Virus record (IMG/VR): IMGVR_UViG_3300045988_147927
Span: 1 to 64,000 of that record
Reading direction: 5' to 3' (one strand)
From: a virus
Length of the DNA stretch: 64,000 nt
Position numbers and translations under genes: made by a program. Shown here piece after piece: positions 53,688 through 64,000 of this stretch (position 1 is the stretch's first letter; the number at the start of each line of letters is the position of its first letter). Below the pieces are notes generated by a model. That model saw nothing but the letters and a program-made list of their open reading frames with translations. It searched no databases and had not been told where the DNA came from.

Positions 53688-56600
53688 ATGAGTATAGTAT
53701 CACAAAGTCCTTACTATGATAGGTATGATAGTGTAGATTCTGAACATAGGAAAGAAGGTTATACGAGGGTTTTGGCTATTCCTGGAAGGGCAGAGCAGGC
53801 ATCTGAGTTTAATGAAATTCAATCTATACAAGAGGACTATTTGTCTAGGATAGGGGATTCCCTATATAAAGATGGTTTTGTTATTAGTGGGTGTGAGATC
53901 AATATCTCAAATAACTTTATCACAATTTCTAAGGGTAGAATTTATTTAGGTGGTTTGATTAGGAATACAGATGAAGTTAAGTTAGCTATAACAGGTGTCG
54001 GAAAAGAAAGAGTTGTTGCAACATTGGTAACAAGTGTTGTAACATCTTTACAGGATTCGTCATTGAGAGACCCTGCACAAAACGCTGAAAATTACAATCA
54101 GGTTGGTGCTAATAGGTTAAAACAGGTTGTATCATTTTCAGTTGTTAGTGATGGTTCAGCTGTTGGAGATAGTTCTGCTGTTGTATATAATTTGAATGAT
54201 GGTGTAGTTGTTAAAGAGGCAAAAACAGATAACTATTCTATCTTAAATGATGTATTGGCTAGACGTACATATGATGAGAATGGTAACTATAAGGTTGAGG
54301 GTTTGGATTTACAATCTGTTACTGAAGATGAAGGTGATAAGATTAGGTTATATGTTAGTGCTGGTAAAGCCTATATTCGTGGGTATGATGTAACAAAACC
54401 AGCAATGAGTAGTATTCTACTTAATAAATCTAAATCAACTCGTATTATAACAAGTGAATCTCATTATTATAAATCATCAGTAAGGAAATATAAATTATCA
54501 AATTCACCTGTGGCATCTATTCAGAATTTTACTGCAAGTGTTCTTGTTACAGGTGAGCGTAAATTTAGAGGGAATGTAAAAGGTGGTCAGGAGGCTTTAA
54601 ATAATACACCAGTCCAAAGTATTGTTAGTGTATACACTAAGAACTCACAAAATAATAAAGAGACTGTGTATGTTGCTGGTAGGGATTATTCATTGTATTC
54701 AGACCAGATTGACTGGTCTTTTACTGGTGAAGGTGCTACTGAGCCTACACAAGGTACTACTTATTACGTAGATTATATCTATAACTATTCTATGCGTGAG
54801 GGTGTAGATTTTAAAATAGAGAATACAGTAGATGGTTCATATGTTGTATTGTTAGATAATGGCAATAAACCAACTGAAAATTCTCTTATGTATTTTACAT
54901 ATAATTTCACTTTGGCTCGTAGGGATTTGATTTTATTAGATAGTGATGGGTATCTAAGTGTGGTTGAAGGTACTCCTGATAGGTTTGAAGATTTAATCAC
55001 TCCTTATAGTGGTTCAACAGCTTACTTAGAGTTAGGGTATGTAGACATCTATCCTACAAATGCTTTGGGTGTTACTAATGCTTCTAGGTTATCTAGGGTA
55101 ACAAATTATGATGGTGTTAGGGTTTCACAGGATAATTTGTTATTGATGTTAAGAAGGATTAATAAGTTAGAAGATAGTATCGCATCTCTTGATATGGAGA
55201 GAAGCGTTGAGAGTGGTGAGGATTTATCTAGTTTAAGTGGCTATTTTACTGATAGTTTTGAGAATATTAATAAGTCTGATTTAACATATACTGATACAGC
55301 TAAGAGGTTATCTTATACTGCTTGTATTGACTATAATAGAAGTGAGTTGACAACATCTGCTACTTTAGGTAGTGTTGATTTGTCTGTTGATGATAGGTCA
55401 AGTGATGGGTATGCTACTTTTGGTAACATAATCTCAGCACCGTATAATTCTATTTTGTCTTTATCTCAACAATATGTAACAGGTACAATGAAAGTAAACC
55501 CTTATGCTAGTTATGGGCCTCTATGTAAGGTTGAGTTATCACCAGCAGTTGATGACTGGGTAGATACAAATACTGTTAATGTATTCAATACTGCTGAGGA
55601 TGTAAAGTATGTTACAGAGACAAAAGTATATTCAAAAGGTTTTTGGGGACGTCATGCTAATGAAGAAAAAACATCAACTTTTTTAGATGGTGTTGAAACA
55701 ACAAAGAATGTTTCAGAGTCTGTAGCCAAATCTATTTCAGAATATATGAGGGTTAAAGATATTAATGTAGTTGGTTCTGCTTTTGGTAATAATACTAGAA
55801 ATATCAGAGCTGTGTTCAATGGTAGTCCTGTAAACATTACACCTACTGATGGTAGTTCTAGTGGTACAGCTTATTCTGAAGGTGGAAAGACATATGCAAC
55901 GATTAATGCTGATGCTAATGGTATGTTCAAGGGTAAGATTACTGTTCCTGAGAGGACACCATGTGGTACTGTAGCAGTACAATTTCAAGCTACAAATAAT
56001 TTAGGTGAGACTCATACTGGTACTGCAAACTATGTAGCTAATGGTACTATTTTAACAAAAACCTTGACTAATACTACAACAGTTACTCAAAGGTATAAGG
56101 TCTTAAAAGAGATTACAAATTACTATAATACTGACCCTTTGGCTCAGTCATTTATTGTAGATGAGGTATATGATAGGAATATTCATAAGATTGATTTATA
56201 CTTCTCTAAAAAATCATCGACTAGACCAGTTGTTGTACAGGTTAGGAATATGGTTAATGGGTATCCTGGTGAGACTGTGTATGCTGAGGTGTTACTAAAA
56301 CCTAGTGAGGTAAATATACCTACTGACCCTAATGTTCCTGTTGTAACAAGTGTTACACTAAATCAACCTGTTTATTGTGTAGCTAAAAGGTATTATTGTT
56401 TTGTTATTATTTCTGACAGTAATGATTATGAAATGTATGTTGCTAAGATGGGTGATAAATTCTTAGGTAGTAATGACCAACTTGTTGTCAACCCTTATGG
56501 TGTTGGTGTATTGTTTAGTTCTTCTAATGCTAGTACATGGACTGCACATCAAGATACAGATTTGATGTTCAAGCTATATAGGACTCAATATACTGGTAAT

Positions 56601-57326
56601 GGTGAGATTATATTTAATAATGTAGCTGTTAGGGATATTACTGGTGTTATGTTAGATGCTGCATATGAAGTTGATAGTGATAGTGATAGTAAGAATATAT
56701 CTTCAAGCAAGACTGGTATTAAATGGTTCTATAGATATACTAAGAGTGGTGCAGGTGAATCTCCTACAGACTGGTTAAGTATAGATACTTTAGTCTTTAG
56801 GGATTTACAATCTTATGCTAGGAATATTGATTTAAAGGCTGAGATTACAACTGATTTTAGTACTTCACCTTTTATTGCAAAAGATAGGGTAGCTTTGAGG
56901 ACATTCTTAGATAGTAAACAATCTACCTATATTTCTAAGTCTATTGATGAGACAAATTTTGCTAATCCTTATCAAGCATTGAAGATAAGTTATCAAGCAG
57001 CTCTACCTCAAAATACTTCTATGGATGTATTTTATATGGATAAAGAGGATGGAGATTGGGTAAAATTAGCTACTGATAATACAACTGTTAATGTTGGTGG
57101 TAATGCAGTTAAATTGGTGTCTTTAGATTCAATTACAAATGTTGATGAAGAGTTTAAGCAGTATACTTGGAATATCAATAAGATTAATTGTATGGTTAGT
57201 GATACTCAATCTAGAGGTTCAAAATTCTTTAAATTGAGAATTGATTTGAACACTACGCAGGCTTTTAATCGTCCTAGGGTTAAGAAATTAGCTTGTATCT
57301 TTAAAGAAAAAGAATATAGGACTTAA
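53688..57326 (+). CDS. large virion structural protein (baseplate/fibre-associated; DUF4815-like N-terminus)
   Basis: 1212 aa. The N-terminal SPYYDRYDS...GYTRVLAIPGRAEQASEFNEIQSIQEDY resembles a conserved phage structural family. Confidence 0.55.
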   Translation: MSIVSQSPYYDRYDSVDSEHRKEGYTRVLAIPGRAEQASEFNEIQSIQEDYLSRIGDSLYKDGFVISGCEINISNNFITISKGRIYLGGLIRNTDEVKLAITGVGKERVVATLVTSVVTSLQDSSLRDPAQNAENYNQVGANRLKQVVSFSVVSDGSAVGDSSAVVYNLNDGVVVKEAKTDNYSILNDVLARRTYDENGNYKVEGLDLQSVTEDEGDKIRLYVSAGKAYIRGYDVTKPAMSSILLNKSKSTRIITSESHYYKSSVRKYKLSNSPVASIQNFTASVLVTGERKFRGNVKGGQEALNNTPVQSIVSVYTKNSQNNKETVYVAGRDYSLYSDQIDWSFTGEGATEPTQGTTYYVDYIYNYSMREGVDFKIENTVDGSYVVLLDNGNKPTENSLMYFTYNFTLARRDLILLDSDGYLSVVEGTPDRFEDLITPYSGSTAYLELGYVDIYPTNALGVTNASRLSRVTNYDGVRVSQDNLLLMLRRINKLEDSIASLDMERSVESGEDLSSLSGYFTDSFENINKSDLTYTDTAKRLSYTACIDYNRSELTTSATLGSVDLSVDDRSSDGYATFGNIISAPYNSILSLSQQYVTGTMKVNPYASYGPLCKVELSPAVDDWVDTNTVNVFNTAEDVKYVTETKVYSKGFWGRHANEEKTSTFLDGVETTKNVSESVAKSISEYMRVKDINVVGSAFGNNTRNIRAVFNGSPVNITPTDGSSSGTAYSEGGKTYATINADANGMFKGKITVPERTPCGTVAVQFQATNNLGETHTGTANYVANGTILTKTLTNTTTVTQRYKVLKEITNYYNTDPLAQSFIVDEVYDRNIHKIDLYFSKKSSTRPVVVQVRNMVNGYPGETVYAEVLLKPSEVNIPTDPNVPVVTSVTLNQPVYCVAKRYYCFVIISDSNDYEMYVAKMGDKFLGSNDQLVVNPYGVGVLFSSSNASTWTAHQDTDLMFKLYRTQYTGNGEIIFNNVAVRDITGVMLDAAYEVDSDSDSKNISSSKTGIKWFYRYTKSGAGESPTDWLSIDTLVFRDLQSYARNIDLKAEITTDFSTSPFIAKDRVALRTFLDSKQSTYISKSIDETNFANPYQALKISYQAALPQNTSMDVFYMDKEDGDWVKLATDNTTVNVGGNAVKLVSLDSITNVDEEFKQYTWNINKINCMVSDTQSRGSKFFKLRIDLNTTQAFNRPRVKKLACIFKEKEYRT

Positions 57327-57373
57327 TTATAAAATTAAGTCATAGTATATAACTATATATAGTTATAGTTGGT

Positions 57374-57410
57374 ATAGAGGTGTAGCATAAGATTACACCT
57401 CTATTCTTTT
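57374..57410 (+). terminator. rho-independent terminator
   Basis: Stem ATAGAGGTGTA / TACACCTCTAT followed by TCTTTT. Confidence 0.65.
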
Positions 57411-57433
57411 AGAATATAAAGAGAGGTGTGTTT

Positions 57434-57652
57434 ATGCCTGAAAGAGTACAAAAGATGTTCTGTACAATGTTTAAAAAAACAGAGGAAGAGCAGAGGAATT
57501 ATGATGCTAGGAAAGAATTATCTAGGACTAAGGAAGAGTTAAAAAATACTTCTGAGACTTTAGATAAGGCTATGACATTAATTCAAGAATTAAGTAGTGA
57601 ATTATCTTCTATTAAGGAAGAGTTAAATAATACAAAAGAGAGTAGTAAATGA
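57434..57652 (+). CDS. small coiled-coil protein
   Basis: The heptad-like KEELKNTSETLDKAMTLIQELSSELSSIKEELNN. ATG 57434 after AGAGAGGTG. Confidence 0.55.
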   Translation: MPERVQKMFCTMFKKTEEEQRNYDARKELSRTKEELKNTSETLDKAMTLIQELSSELSSIKEELNNTKESSK

Positions 57653-58586
57653 ATATTTTAAAGAGATACAATTCAGATAATATAGACTGGAATATAGGTT
57701 CTTTGTTTGCACATGATGATTATATTATAAAGTTGTTATATTTGATGAGAGAGTTGGATATGGCTAATCCCATAAAGTATGTGTTTGGTTCTATACCAAC
57801 TGTACTATGTGGTGGGAGAGTACCTCCAAGAGATGCTACAGTTGAAAATACTTTTAAGATTATTGATAGGTATAATCAGTTAGGTGTTGGTTGTAGGTTG
57901 ACATTTTCTTCACACAATGTTTCTAAAGATGAATTAAGTGATGATATATCTAATAAACTCATGCAACATTTAGAGGATAATAATCAAAAATATGGTGTTA
58001 GAATGAATGGTGTTATTCTAGTATCTGAATTATTAAGTGAGTATATTTATAATACATATAATTCTTTAGAGTTAATATCTTCACAAGTCAAACCATCTAT
58101 AGAAGTTGGACTTGTGAAGATACAGTAGAATATTATAATAGATTATTTGATTTATTTGATATTGTTGTTGTGAATCCTAGTAAGTGGTGTGATGCTAATA
58201 TAATTCATGGGTTAAAACATATAGATAGGGTAGAGTTTATAGTTAATCATAGATGTTTTTTAGATTGTCCTATGGCTGGTGAGCATTATAAAGCACAGGT
58301 TGATTTAAATAAAAAGATGCTTAAAGTTGAAGATTACTCTATAGAAGAGGGTAAATTAAAATCAATAAATGATTGGTGCTATAAGACGAGAGGAGAATAT
58401 CCATTAAATGGTTCTTCTTTTGGTGATTCTGAGATTAATATGTTGATAGATAATGGTGTTAAACATTTTAAGTTAGAAGGAAGAGATAATAGTTCTACTT
58501 CTTTTTTGCGTGATGTAGGAGATTACATTTTTAATCATCAATATTTTTCGAGGATTGCACATAGTATAAGAGGGGAGGCAGTGTAG
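57649..58586 (+). pseudogene. hypothetical protein gene split by a -1 frame change near nt 58100-58115
   Basis: Frame 1 ends ...SQVKPSIEVGLVKIQ* at 58128. The -1 frame is open from 58062 and reads ...SWTCEDTVEYYNRLFDLFDIVVVNPSKWCDAN..., continuing into the 58170..58586 ORF. No slippery heptamer is evident. Confidence 0.5.
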
Positions 58587-58587
58587 T

Positions 58588-59382
58588 ATGTCAACTAGAA
58601 TAGAGTCAGAGTCTGGTGAGGAGTTGTGGGGGCCTGATACGTTCGGTAAATACTCTATTGATAAGATACGTGTTATTGCAGAGATTATGAAAGGTGTGTT
58701 TAAGGATACACCTATAACTTTTGTTAATAAAGGTAAAGATAGTGATGATGTTTACACAAAGATAGAAAGTAATAATCTATTTGTGTTTAAGTCAGATTTT
58801 AATACATTAGCAGGTGATTTAGTTAAGACTTTGACAGCAAGTTATTTGAGGCAATTATCTGAGACTGAAGGTGTTGCAAGTGCAAATGATATAAAGGTTT
58901 TAACAAAGGTTGCAAACTTTTTGACAAGGGTGTGTTTTAATCAAACATATACAGAGATAAAAGATTTATCAACAATGAATATTGTTGCAATACCTGATAG
59001 GTTACAACAGGTTGAGACACAACAAGTATCTGTGGACACTAGAATTAATCATATGATGGGTGTTATCTATGAGATTAATAGGGATGGTTCTTTCTCCTCA
59101 ACTTCTAAAGTAGCTACAAAAGAAGAGGTAAGCAGTATTGTTAATAGGCTAGGGAGTGGTTCTGTTACTGTAAGAGGTGCTAGTGATGTAGTTGATGCTG
59201 TAAATCGTTTAGATAGAAGTGTTGTAGCTCTAGAGTCTATTTCAAACCTAGTTAGTAGTCTGTCAACAACTGTAAATGCACTTGCCAATACTGTTAATAG
59301 ATTAGATACACTTTTAGGAAGTGAGCCATTAAGGACAAATGCTAAGACTATTACTGGTGCTATAAATGAATTAAAGAGATAA
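58588..59382 (+). CDS. tail fibre-associated protein
   Basis: C-terminal ...TNAKTITGAINELKR motif, common in fibre/receptor-binding proteins. Located in the fibre region. Confidence 0.4.
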   Translation: MSTRIESESGEELWGPDTFGKYSIDKIRVIAEIMKGVFKDTPITFVNKGKDSDDVYTKIESNNLFVFKSDFNTLAGDLVKTLTASYLRQLSETEGVASANDIKVLTKVANFLTRVCFNQTYTEIKDLSTMNIVAIPDRLQQVETQQVSVDTRINHMMGVIYEINRDGSFSSTSKVATKEEVSSIVNRLGSGSVTVRGASDVVDAVNRLDRSVVALESISNLVSSLSTTVNALANTVNRLDTLLGSEPLRTNAKTITGAINELKR

Positions 59383-59403
59383 GATATAAAGGGGTAGAAA
59401 GTT

Positions 59404-61095
59404 TTGGAAATAAAGCCTTTTAAAAAGATAAATGGAGGGGGATATTCATTTAAAGAGGTATGGGATATCTATGATGAGCAATTTAATCTTATTAGAGATA
59501 TCATATTATCTTTAGGTGATAAGTACCATGTTGATAATGTTAGTGGTAGTGATGAGAAAATAATCACTTTAAATACGCCGTATAATAGTAACCAAGTATT
59601 TGTGTATTGTAATGGTGTACTTCAATGGAAGGATAGGGATTATAGGGAAAATTCTTCTAATGAGATTGAGTTGTTATTTGATAGAAAAGCGTCTGATGAT
59701 ATACGAATTGTTACTATAAAAACTAATGTAATTAAGTCAGATTTACAACAATATTTACAAGATATTAATAGTATATGTAAAAATGCTAAGGAGAATTATG
59801 ATTCAGCTAGAGGTTTAGAATCTAGGTTAGTTGAGTTATATTCATCACTACAACAAACTCATTCTTTATACACAAATAATCGTGTAGATAGTCTTGTTGA
59901 GGATTTAAAAAATATAAAGAAAGAGTATGATAAAAACAATACAAATTTTAATACTATTTTAGATAAATCTGATAAGTTATTTACTAAGTTGAGTAATACA
60001 GATGTTTATATTAATAATAAACTAGAGACCCTTGATACTGATGTTGATGTGATTGTTAAAAGGGATTTAAAAGCAATTAGTGATGATTTTAATAGTAGGC
60101 TTAGCGAACATATTTCAGATGTAAGCAGTAGTCTAGAAAATCATATGAATGATGTTAGTAACAAGATAGATTCTTTAAAGACAGATGTAAGCAATAAAAT
60201 TAAAGAAAACAATAAGAAGATAGATGATTACATTTCTAAAAATGATAGGTCTGTTAAAGATTTAGGTAAAGATATTGAATTATTGAAACAGAAGTCATTA
60301 AATACAATACATGAATCGTTGAGTGGTCAAGTTGATTTAAACTCTATTACAAGTATAGGTATATATGATTTAAATACTGAAGATTTTGTTAATGGTATTG
60401 GAAGTTTTATGATGCTTAATGGTACCAGTACTAACTTTGAGCATGGGACTCTTATTGTAACAGAAGTTAATGGTAGTATAGTTCAAGAGGTCATAACTAA
60501 TCATGGGTTTAGATTTACAAGGAAAAAGCCTAGTGGTGGTGTATTCACACAGTGGGATTACCTTGTAGGTGGGAGTGTACTAAGTGATGTCAAGGGGACT
60601 ATGAGTTCTGAGATTGGCACTAAATTGAATAATATTAAAAGAGGTAATTTAAATTATACTGCATTAGTTGACTGGGATAAGACAGCTAAGATGATGAATC
60701 CGTCTTATAATGGAGATACTATCAGGTGGGTTCAGGATGCAAACTCTGGGTATTATAAACTTAGTAATTGGAATTATAGATATAGACCTAATGGTGAATT
60801 TGCAGTTATATTTCTTAAAGAGAGTTGGTTTACATATGATGAGTTAGTGTTTAAATTACATAGAAATGATTATGATGTGAATATACCAATAAAAGTCGAA
60901 TTTTTAAAGTGGAGTTTACAGGGTAATAATACAAATACGCTGTTTGGTAATACTTATTGTTATTTTCAGTTAATTGCAACGCAGATAGATAAGACAAAGA
61001 ATAATGTAAACTACATTTTAACTGATGCTACTACTATGAGCTTTATAGGGTTTGCAGGTGATTTAGTAGAGATTTATGGTGTTAAGTATAATTAG
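59404..61095 (+). CDS. tail fibre protein (coiled-coil shaft + C-terminal globular domain)
   Basis: 563 aa with a long heptad-rich middle region. TTG start after AAGGGG. Confidence 0.45.
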   Translation: MEIKPFKKINGGGYSFKEVWDIYDEQFNLIRDIILSLGDKYHVDNVSGSDEKIITLNTPYNSNQVFVYCNGVLQWKDRDYRENSSNEIELLFDRKASDDIRIVTIKTNVIKSDLQQYLQDINSICKNAKENYDSARGLESRLVELYSSLQQTHSLYTNNRVDSLVEDLKNIKKEYDKNNTNFNTILDKSDKLFTKLSNTDVYINNKLETLDTDVDVIVKRDLKAISDDFNSRLSEHISDVSSSLENHMNDVSNKIDSLKTDVSNKIKENNKKIDDYISKNDRSVKDLGKDIELLKQKSLNTIHESLSGQVDLNSITSIGIYDLNTEDFVNGIGSFMMLNGTSTNFEHGTLIVTEVNGSIVQEVITNHGFRFTRKKPSGGVFTQWDYLVGGSVLSDVKGTMSSEIGTKLNNIKRGNLNYTALVDWDKTAKMMNPSYNGDTIRWVQDANSGYYKLSNWNYRYRPNGEFAVIFLKESWFTYDELVFKLHRNDYDVNIPIKVEFLKWSLQGNNTNTLFGNTYCYFQLIATQIDKTKNNVNYILTDATTMSFIGFAGDLVEIYGVKYN

Positions 61096-61103
61096 GAGTT
61101 AGT

Positions 61104-63560
61104 ATGTATAAAATTCCCTATAGGATGGTGGAGATACTAACAGATAGTGGGGAAAGACTAACCTTAGAGGATATTTTAAAGTCTTTATCCGAAGTACCTA
61201 TAAATTTGTTTGTAGGTAATAATGACTATACTAAAGAAAAGATAAATGATGTGATATCATATCTAAAGACTCATGGTGGTGGTAGGTTTGTCATACCTGA
61301 GAATGGGAATATACATAAACTCGTTGTAGATGTTTGTAGAAATAAGTTTCAAGATTACGTAGTACATTTTTATTATTTTGATTACAGGTACCCTATTGGA
61401 AATGAAAAGAGACCTTATACTGGTGAGCCATGGCAAGCTGGTGATATCATTTATAATTTAGATATTCTAAACTCAGATGATAAATGTACAATGTGGTTTT
61501 GTAAGCAGAGTGGTACAGATACAAATAGTGGAGTGTGGGCACAACAGTCTATATGGCAATTAGCCTCATCTGAGATAGATGCTTTAGTTGTTTCTCATGT
61601 AGGTTCTTCTATAGGGCCACTTGTTCAAAAAGAGGTTGGTTTACAGGGGCCTGCTATGATGTCTAGTGAGGTAACTCGTCAACTTGATGCAAGGGTACCA
61701 GATAAAGTTACTGAAGAGGTTACAAATCAGCTAACAAATACGTTACCTAATATGTTAGGTACAATGGTTAGTGATAAACTGCCTAAAGAAGTGTCTAAAA
61801 GGGTTGATAGTGTAGTTACACCTATTATTAATAATAGACTTAATACAGCTTTATCTGATACCGCTATTGCTCAGATGATAGATGCTAAGGTAGACCCTAA
61901 GGTCTTAGATATTACTAATAATGCTAAGAATACTGTTGATACAAAGATACATGAAGCTACATCAACATTAGATAATACTGTTAATAATTATATTGATGAA
62001 GCTAAGAGGAAGTTAAGTACTATTACAACTGTTACCGCTAAAGATGTTGATGATAAGATTGAGGCATCTAAGAGGGAAGTAAACACTAAGATAGATGATA
62101 TATTAAATACTAGGTTAGCTAATCTAAGGACTGGACATAGTGATATTGTTTCTACTGAGGAATTTAAGCTCGTTGCTGATGGTGTTACAGATGATACAGT
62201 TAAGTTTGAGCAGTGTGTGGCAAGTGCTAATGGTAAAATATTAATTATTAGTCCTGGTGTCTATAAGTTGACTAAGAATATTTTTATTGATAAATGTAAA
62301 GAAGTCATTAATTTAGGTTCTTTTTCATCTAAAGTACCATTTATAAAAAATAATGATGTATTCATATCAAGTCCGTCTAATATAGAGTTTGTCACTGATT
62401 TGACATTAGATACAAATAAAGTTAATCAATGTCAGGGTTTTGCTTATAATCAAAATAACAATGAATTTGTAGTAGCTACTATAAACTCAGATAATACAAA
62501 TCAGATTCTTTATATTCTTGATGGTGATGATTTAACATCTGTTAAGCGCAAGGTAGAATTTAGTGATGTAGTATCGTTGGGGCATTGTAACACAATGACA
62601 TATAATAAGGATTTAAGTACTCTATTTATATGTAATGGTGATACTAATTCTGTAGCTGAGAGGGTTGCTAAGTTAAATGATTCATATACATTGATATCAA
62701 TGTATAGTGAGTCTAATGCTGTTAGGAAATTTAATTTTGCCTATGATAGTGTTACTAAATGTTATTGTTCTATTATGCCTGGTGATAGAAGTACTGGTTT
62801 ACGTCATGTATATATATTGAATAGTGATTTTGAGAAAATTAGAGAGTTTGATGTTGACTTTTTAACCAAGGACTTTAATAATAATGGTGCTTTATTTCAT
62901 AATGGGTTGATTATGTGTGCTAGTTTGACATCGTTGATACAGTTTGATGTGTTTGGCAATGTTAGAAATGTGGTAGACATTGACAGTTCTTATGAAATAG
63001 AGGATTTTGATATAAAGGGTAACTGTGTGTATTTTTCTGTTTTGGAAGGTCATAACGTAAAAATATTCAAGGGTACTTATAATAAATTTAATGATGTTCA
63101 TATTAATAATATGAAGATAAATAGACTTGTATTAGGTAATAATATTCCTTTAAGAGGTCTATCACCAGACAATAAGGAGATAAGTTTAGCTAAAGTTGGT
63201 AAACAAGGTGGTATCGAGATTGGTGATAAGACAGTCAATACGATAATAGTAGGTAAAGATGTAAGGATGTGGGATGGTGGAGATGCCTCATACACATTGT
63301 TATCGACTAAGCATTATGGTAATGCAATATATTCAAAGAAACAAGTAGATGATAATTTTGTTTCTAAGGCACAACTCGTTAAATTATCAATCGATGTAAA
63401 ACCTGATTTTATAGGTCAATTAGCTGTAGTAGGTGATAAGACATACATAGCAATTAGTACAACTGGTACAGATGGTTGGAAAGCTATGGGTGGTGGCAGT
63501 AATGTTGCTACATTAGATAAGATTAGGTTTACAAATGGTGCAGAGTTGTGGATTGAATAA
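61104..63560 (+). CDS. tailspike / receptor-binding protein with pectate-lyase-like domain
   Basis: FKLVADGVTDDTVKFEQCVASANGKILIISPGVYKL matches the GDGxTDDTxAxQ motif that opens beta-helix depolymerase domains. 818 aa. Confidence 0.5.
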   Translation: MYKIPYRMVEILTDSGERLTLEDILKSLSEVPINLFVGNNDYTKEKINDVISYLKTHGGGRFVIPENGNIHKLVVDVCRNKFQDYVVHFYYFDYRYPIGNEKRPYTGEPWQAGDIIYNLDILNSDDKCTMWFCKQSGTDTNSGVWAQQSIWQLASSEIDALVVSHVGSSIGPLVQKEVGLQGPAMMSSEVTRQLDARVPDKVTEEVTNQLTNTLPNMLGTMVSDKLPKEVSKRVDSVVTPIINNRLNTALSDTAIAQMIDAKVDPKVLDITNNAKNTVDTKIHEATSTLDNTVNNYIDEAKRKLSTITTVTAKDVDDKIEASKREVNTKIDDILNTRLANLRTGHSDIVSTEEFKLVADGVTDDTVKFEQCVASANGKILIISPGVYKLTKNIFIDKCKEVINLGSFSSKVPFIKNNDVFISSPSNIEFVTDLTLDTNKVNQCQGFAYNQNNNEFVVATINSDNTNQILYILDGDDLTSVKRKVEFSDVVSLGHCNTMTYNKDLSTLFICNGDTNSVAERVAKLNDSYTLISMYSESNAVRKFNFAYDSVTKCYCSIMPGDRSTGLRHVYILNSDFEKIREFDVDFLTKDFNNNGALFHNGLIMCASLTSLIQFDVFGNVRNVVDIDSSYEIEDFDIKGNCVYFSVLEGHNVKIFKGTYNKFNDVHINNMKINRLVLGNNIPLRGLSPDNKEISLAKVGKQGGIEIGDKTVNTIIVGKDVRMWDGGDASYTLLSTKHYGNAIYSKKQVDDNFVSKAQLVKLSIDVKPDFIGQLAVVGDKTYIAISTTGTDGWKAMGGGSNVATLDKIRFTNGAELWIE

Positions 63561-63625
63561 TCATTATTGGTATAAGTATAGTTATATATAGGTAGTGTTA
63601 CATATAGAAGTAGGGGGTAGTGTCA

Positions 63626-63955
63626 ATGAAAAGAAATACATTCATTAGAGGTACTACCCCTACTCTTGAAGTTAGTATGAGTAGGGGTATTAATGTTGAG
63701 AATATAGATAGTATGATAGTCTACTTCTCGCAGGGTATCACCGTACTAAAGAAAAAACTTGAAGATGTTAAAATTAATAAGACTACTAATAAGGTATATG
63801 TACCTTTAACAGAGTTAGAGACATATGTATTTAGTCCTAGTGTTGTTAATTTGCAGATTCGATATAAGTTGGTTAATGATACAAACATTTATAGCACACA
63901 AATTTATCCTTTTAGGGTATTATCACAGATTTGTAATGAGGTGTATGATGAATGA
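63626..63955 (+). CDS. hypothetical protein
   Basis: ATG 63626 after AGGGGG. Confidence 0.55.
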   Translation: MKRNTFIRGTTPTLEVSMSRGINVENIDSMIVYFSQGITVLKKKLEDVKINKTTNKVYVPLTELETYVFSPSVVNLQIRYKLVNDTNIYSTQIYPFRVLSQICNEVYDE

Positions 63956-64000
63956 GGGAATAATAAAGTCAAATGGAACTTTTAACAGAATAAGTATCAA
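63945..64000 (+). CDS. hypothetical protein, 5' fragment (runs off the window)
   Basis: ATGATG overlapping the upstream stop; MMNEGIIKSNGTFNRISI... Confidence 0.3.
   Translation, partial: MMNEGIIKSNGTFNRISI

Noticed and set aside
404-63295. All minus-strand ORFs in the track. Examples: 404..595, 465..764, 936..1262, 7479..7757, 10308..10607, 19725..20000, 35989..36354, 38053..38361, 39456..39830, 43583..44053, 55737..55988, 62892..63295.
   Set aside because: Each lies entirely inside a longer, motif-bearing plus-strand gene. Their compositions are low-complexity (Ile/Leu/Ser/Pro/Thr-rich), typical of antisense frames in AT-rich DNA. None has an RBS. Gene order is otherwise strictly co-directional.

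Overview
The window is a co-directional (every credible gene on +), visibly AT-rich, tightly packed gene array. It looks like a large contractile-tailed phage or prophage of a low-GC Firmicute (Clostridia-like) host. No rRNA, tRNA or CRISPR array was recognised.

Nt 1-26100 is an early/replication-type region. It holds an XRE-type HTH protein, many small hypothetical and membrane proteins, a PD-(D/E)XK-like nuclease, a decayed N6-adenine methyltransferase, a DnaB-type helicase with an intein in its P-loop, a metallophosphoesterase, a secreted 3D-domain protein and a P-loop kinase-like protein. It also has a repeat-rich ~400 bp non-coding region and a duplicated promoter-leader cassette.

Nt 26100-64000 is a tail/baseplate/fibre module: tail-completion protein, sheath, tube, chaperone pair with a likely frameshift, tape measure with a lysozyme domain, LysM-like protein, a giant hub protein, spike, gp25-like, J-like and I-like wedge proteins, a 1212-aa structural protein and fibres/tailspike.

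The standout is that this late module is colonised by five TnpB-related elements, and no TnpA transposase gene is present in the window:
- Two ~1.8 kb chimeras combine a group I intron ribozyme with a tnpB gene (IStron-like). They sit inside the tail-completion gene and the baseplate hub gene. Removing each from a T just 5' of an in-frame TAA to a conserved 3'-terminal ...GAGGATGTCAG exactly restores the reading frame.
- One solo copy of the same ~130 nt 3'-terminal RNA module lies downstream of the tube operon.
- Two copies of a second, zinc-finger-less TnpB lineage are inserted intergenically. They bracket the baseplate wedge genes as direct repeats.

All functional calls come from motif recognition by eye, with no database search.
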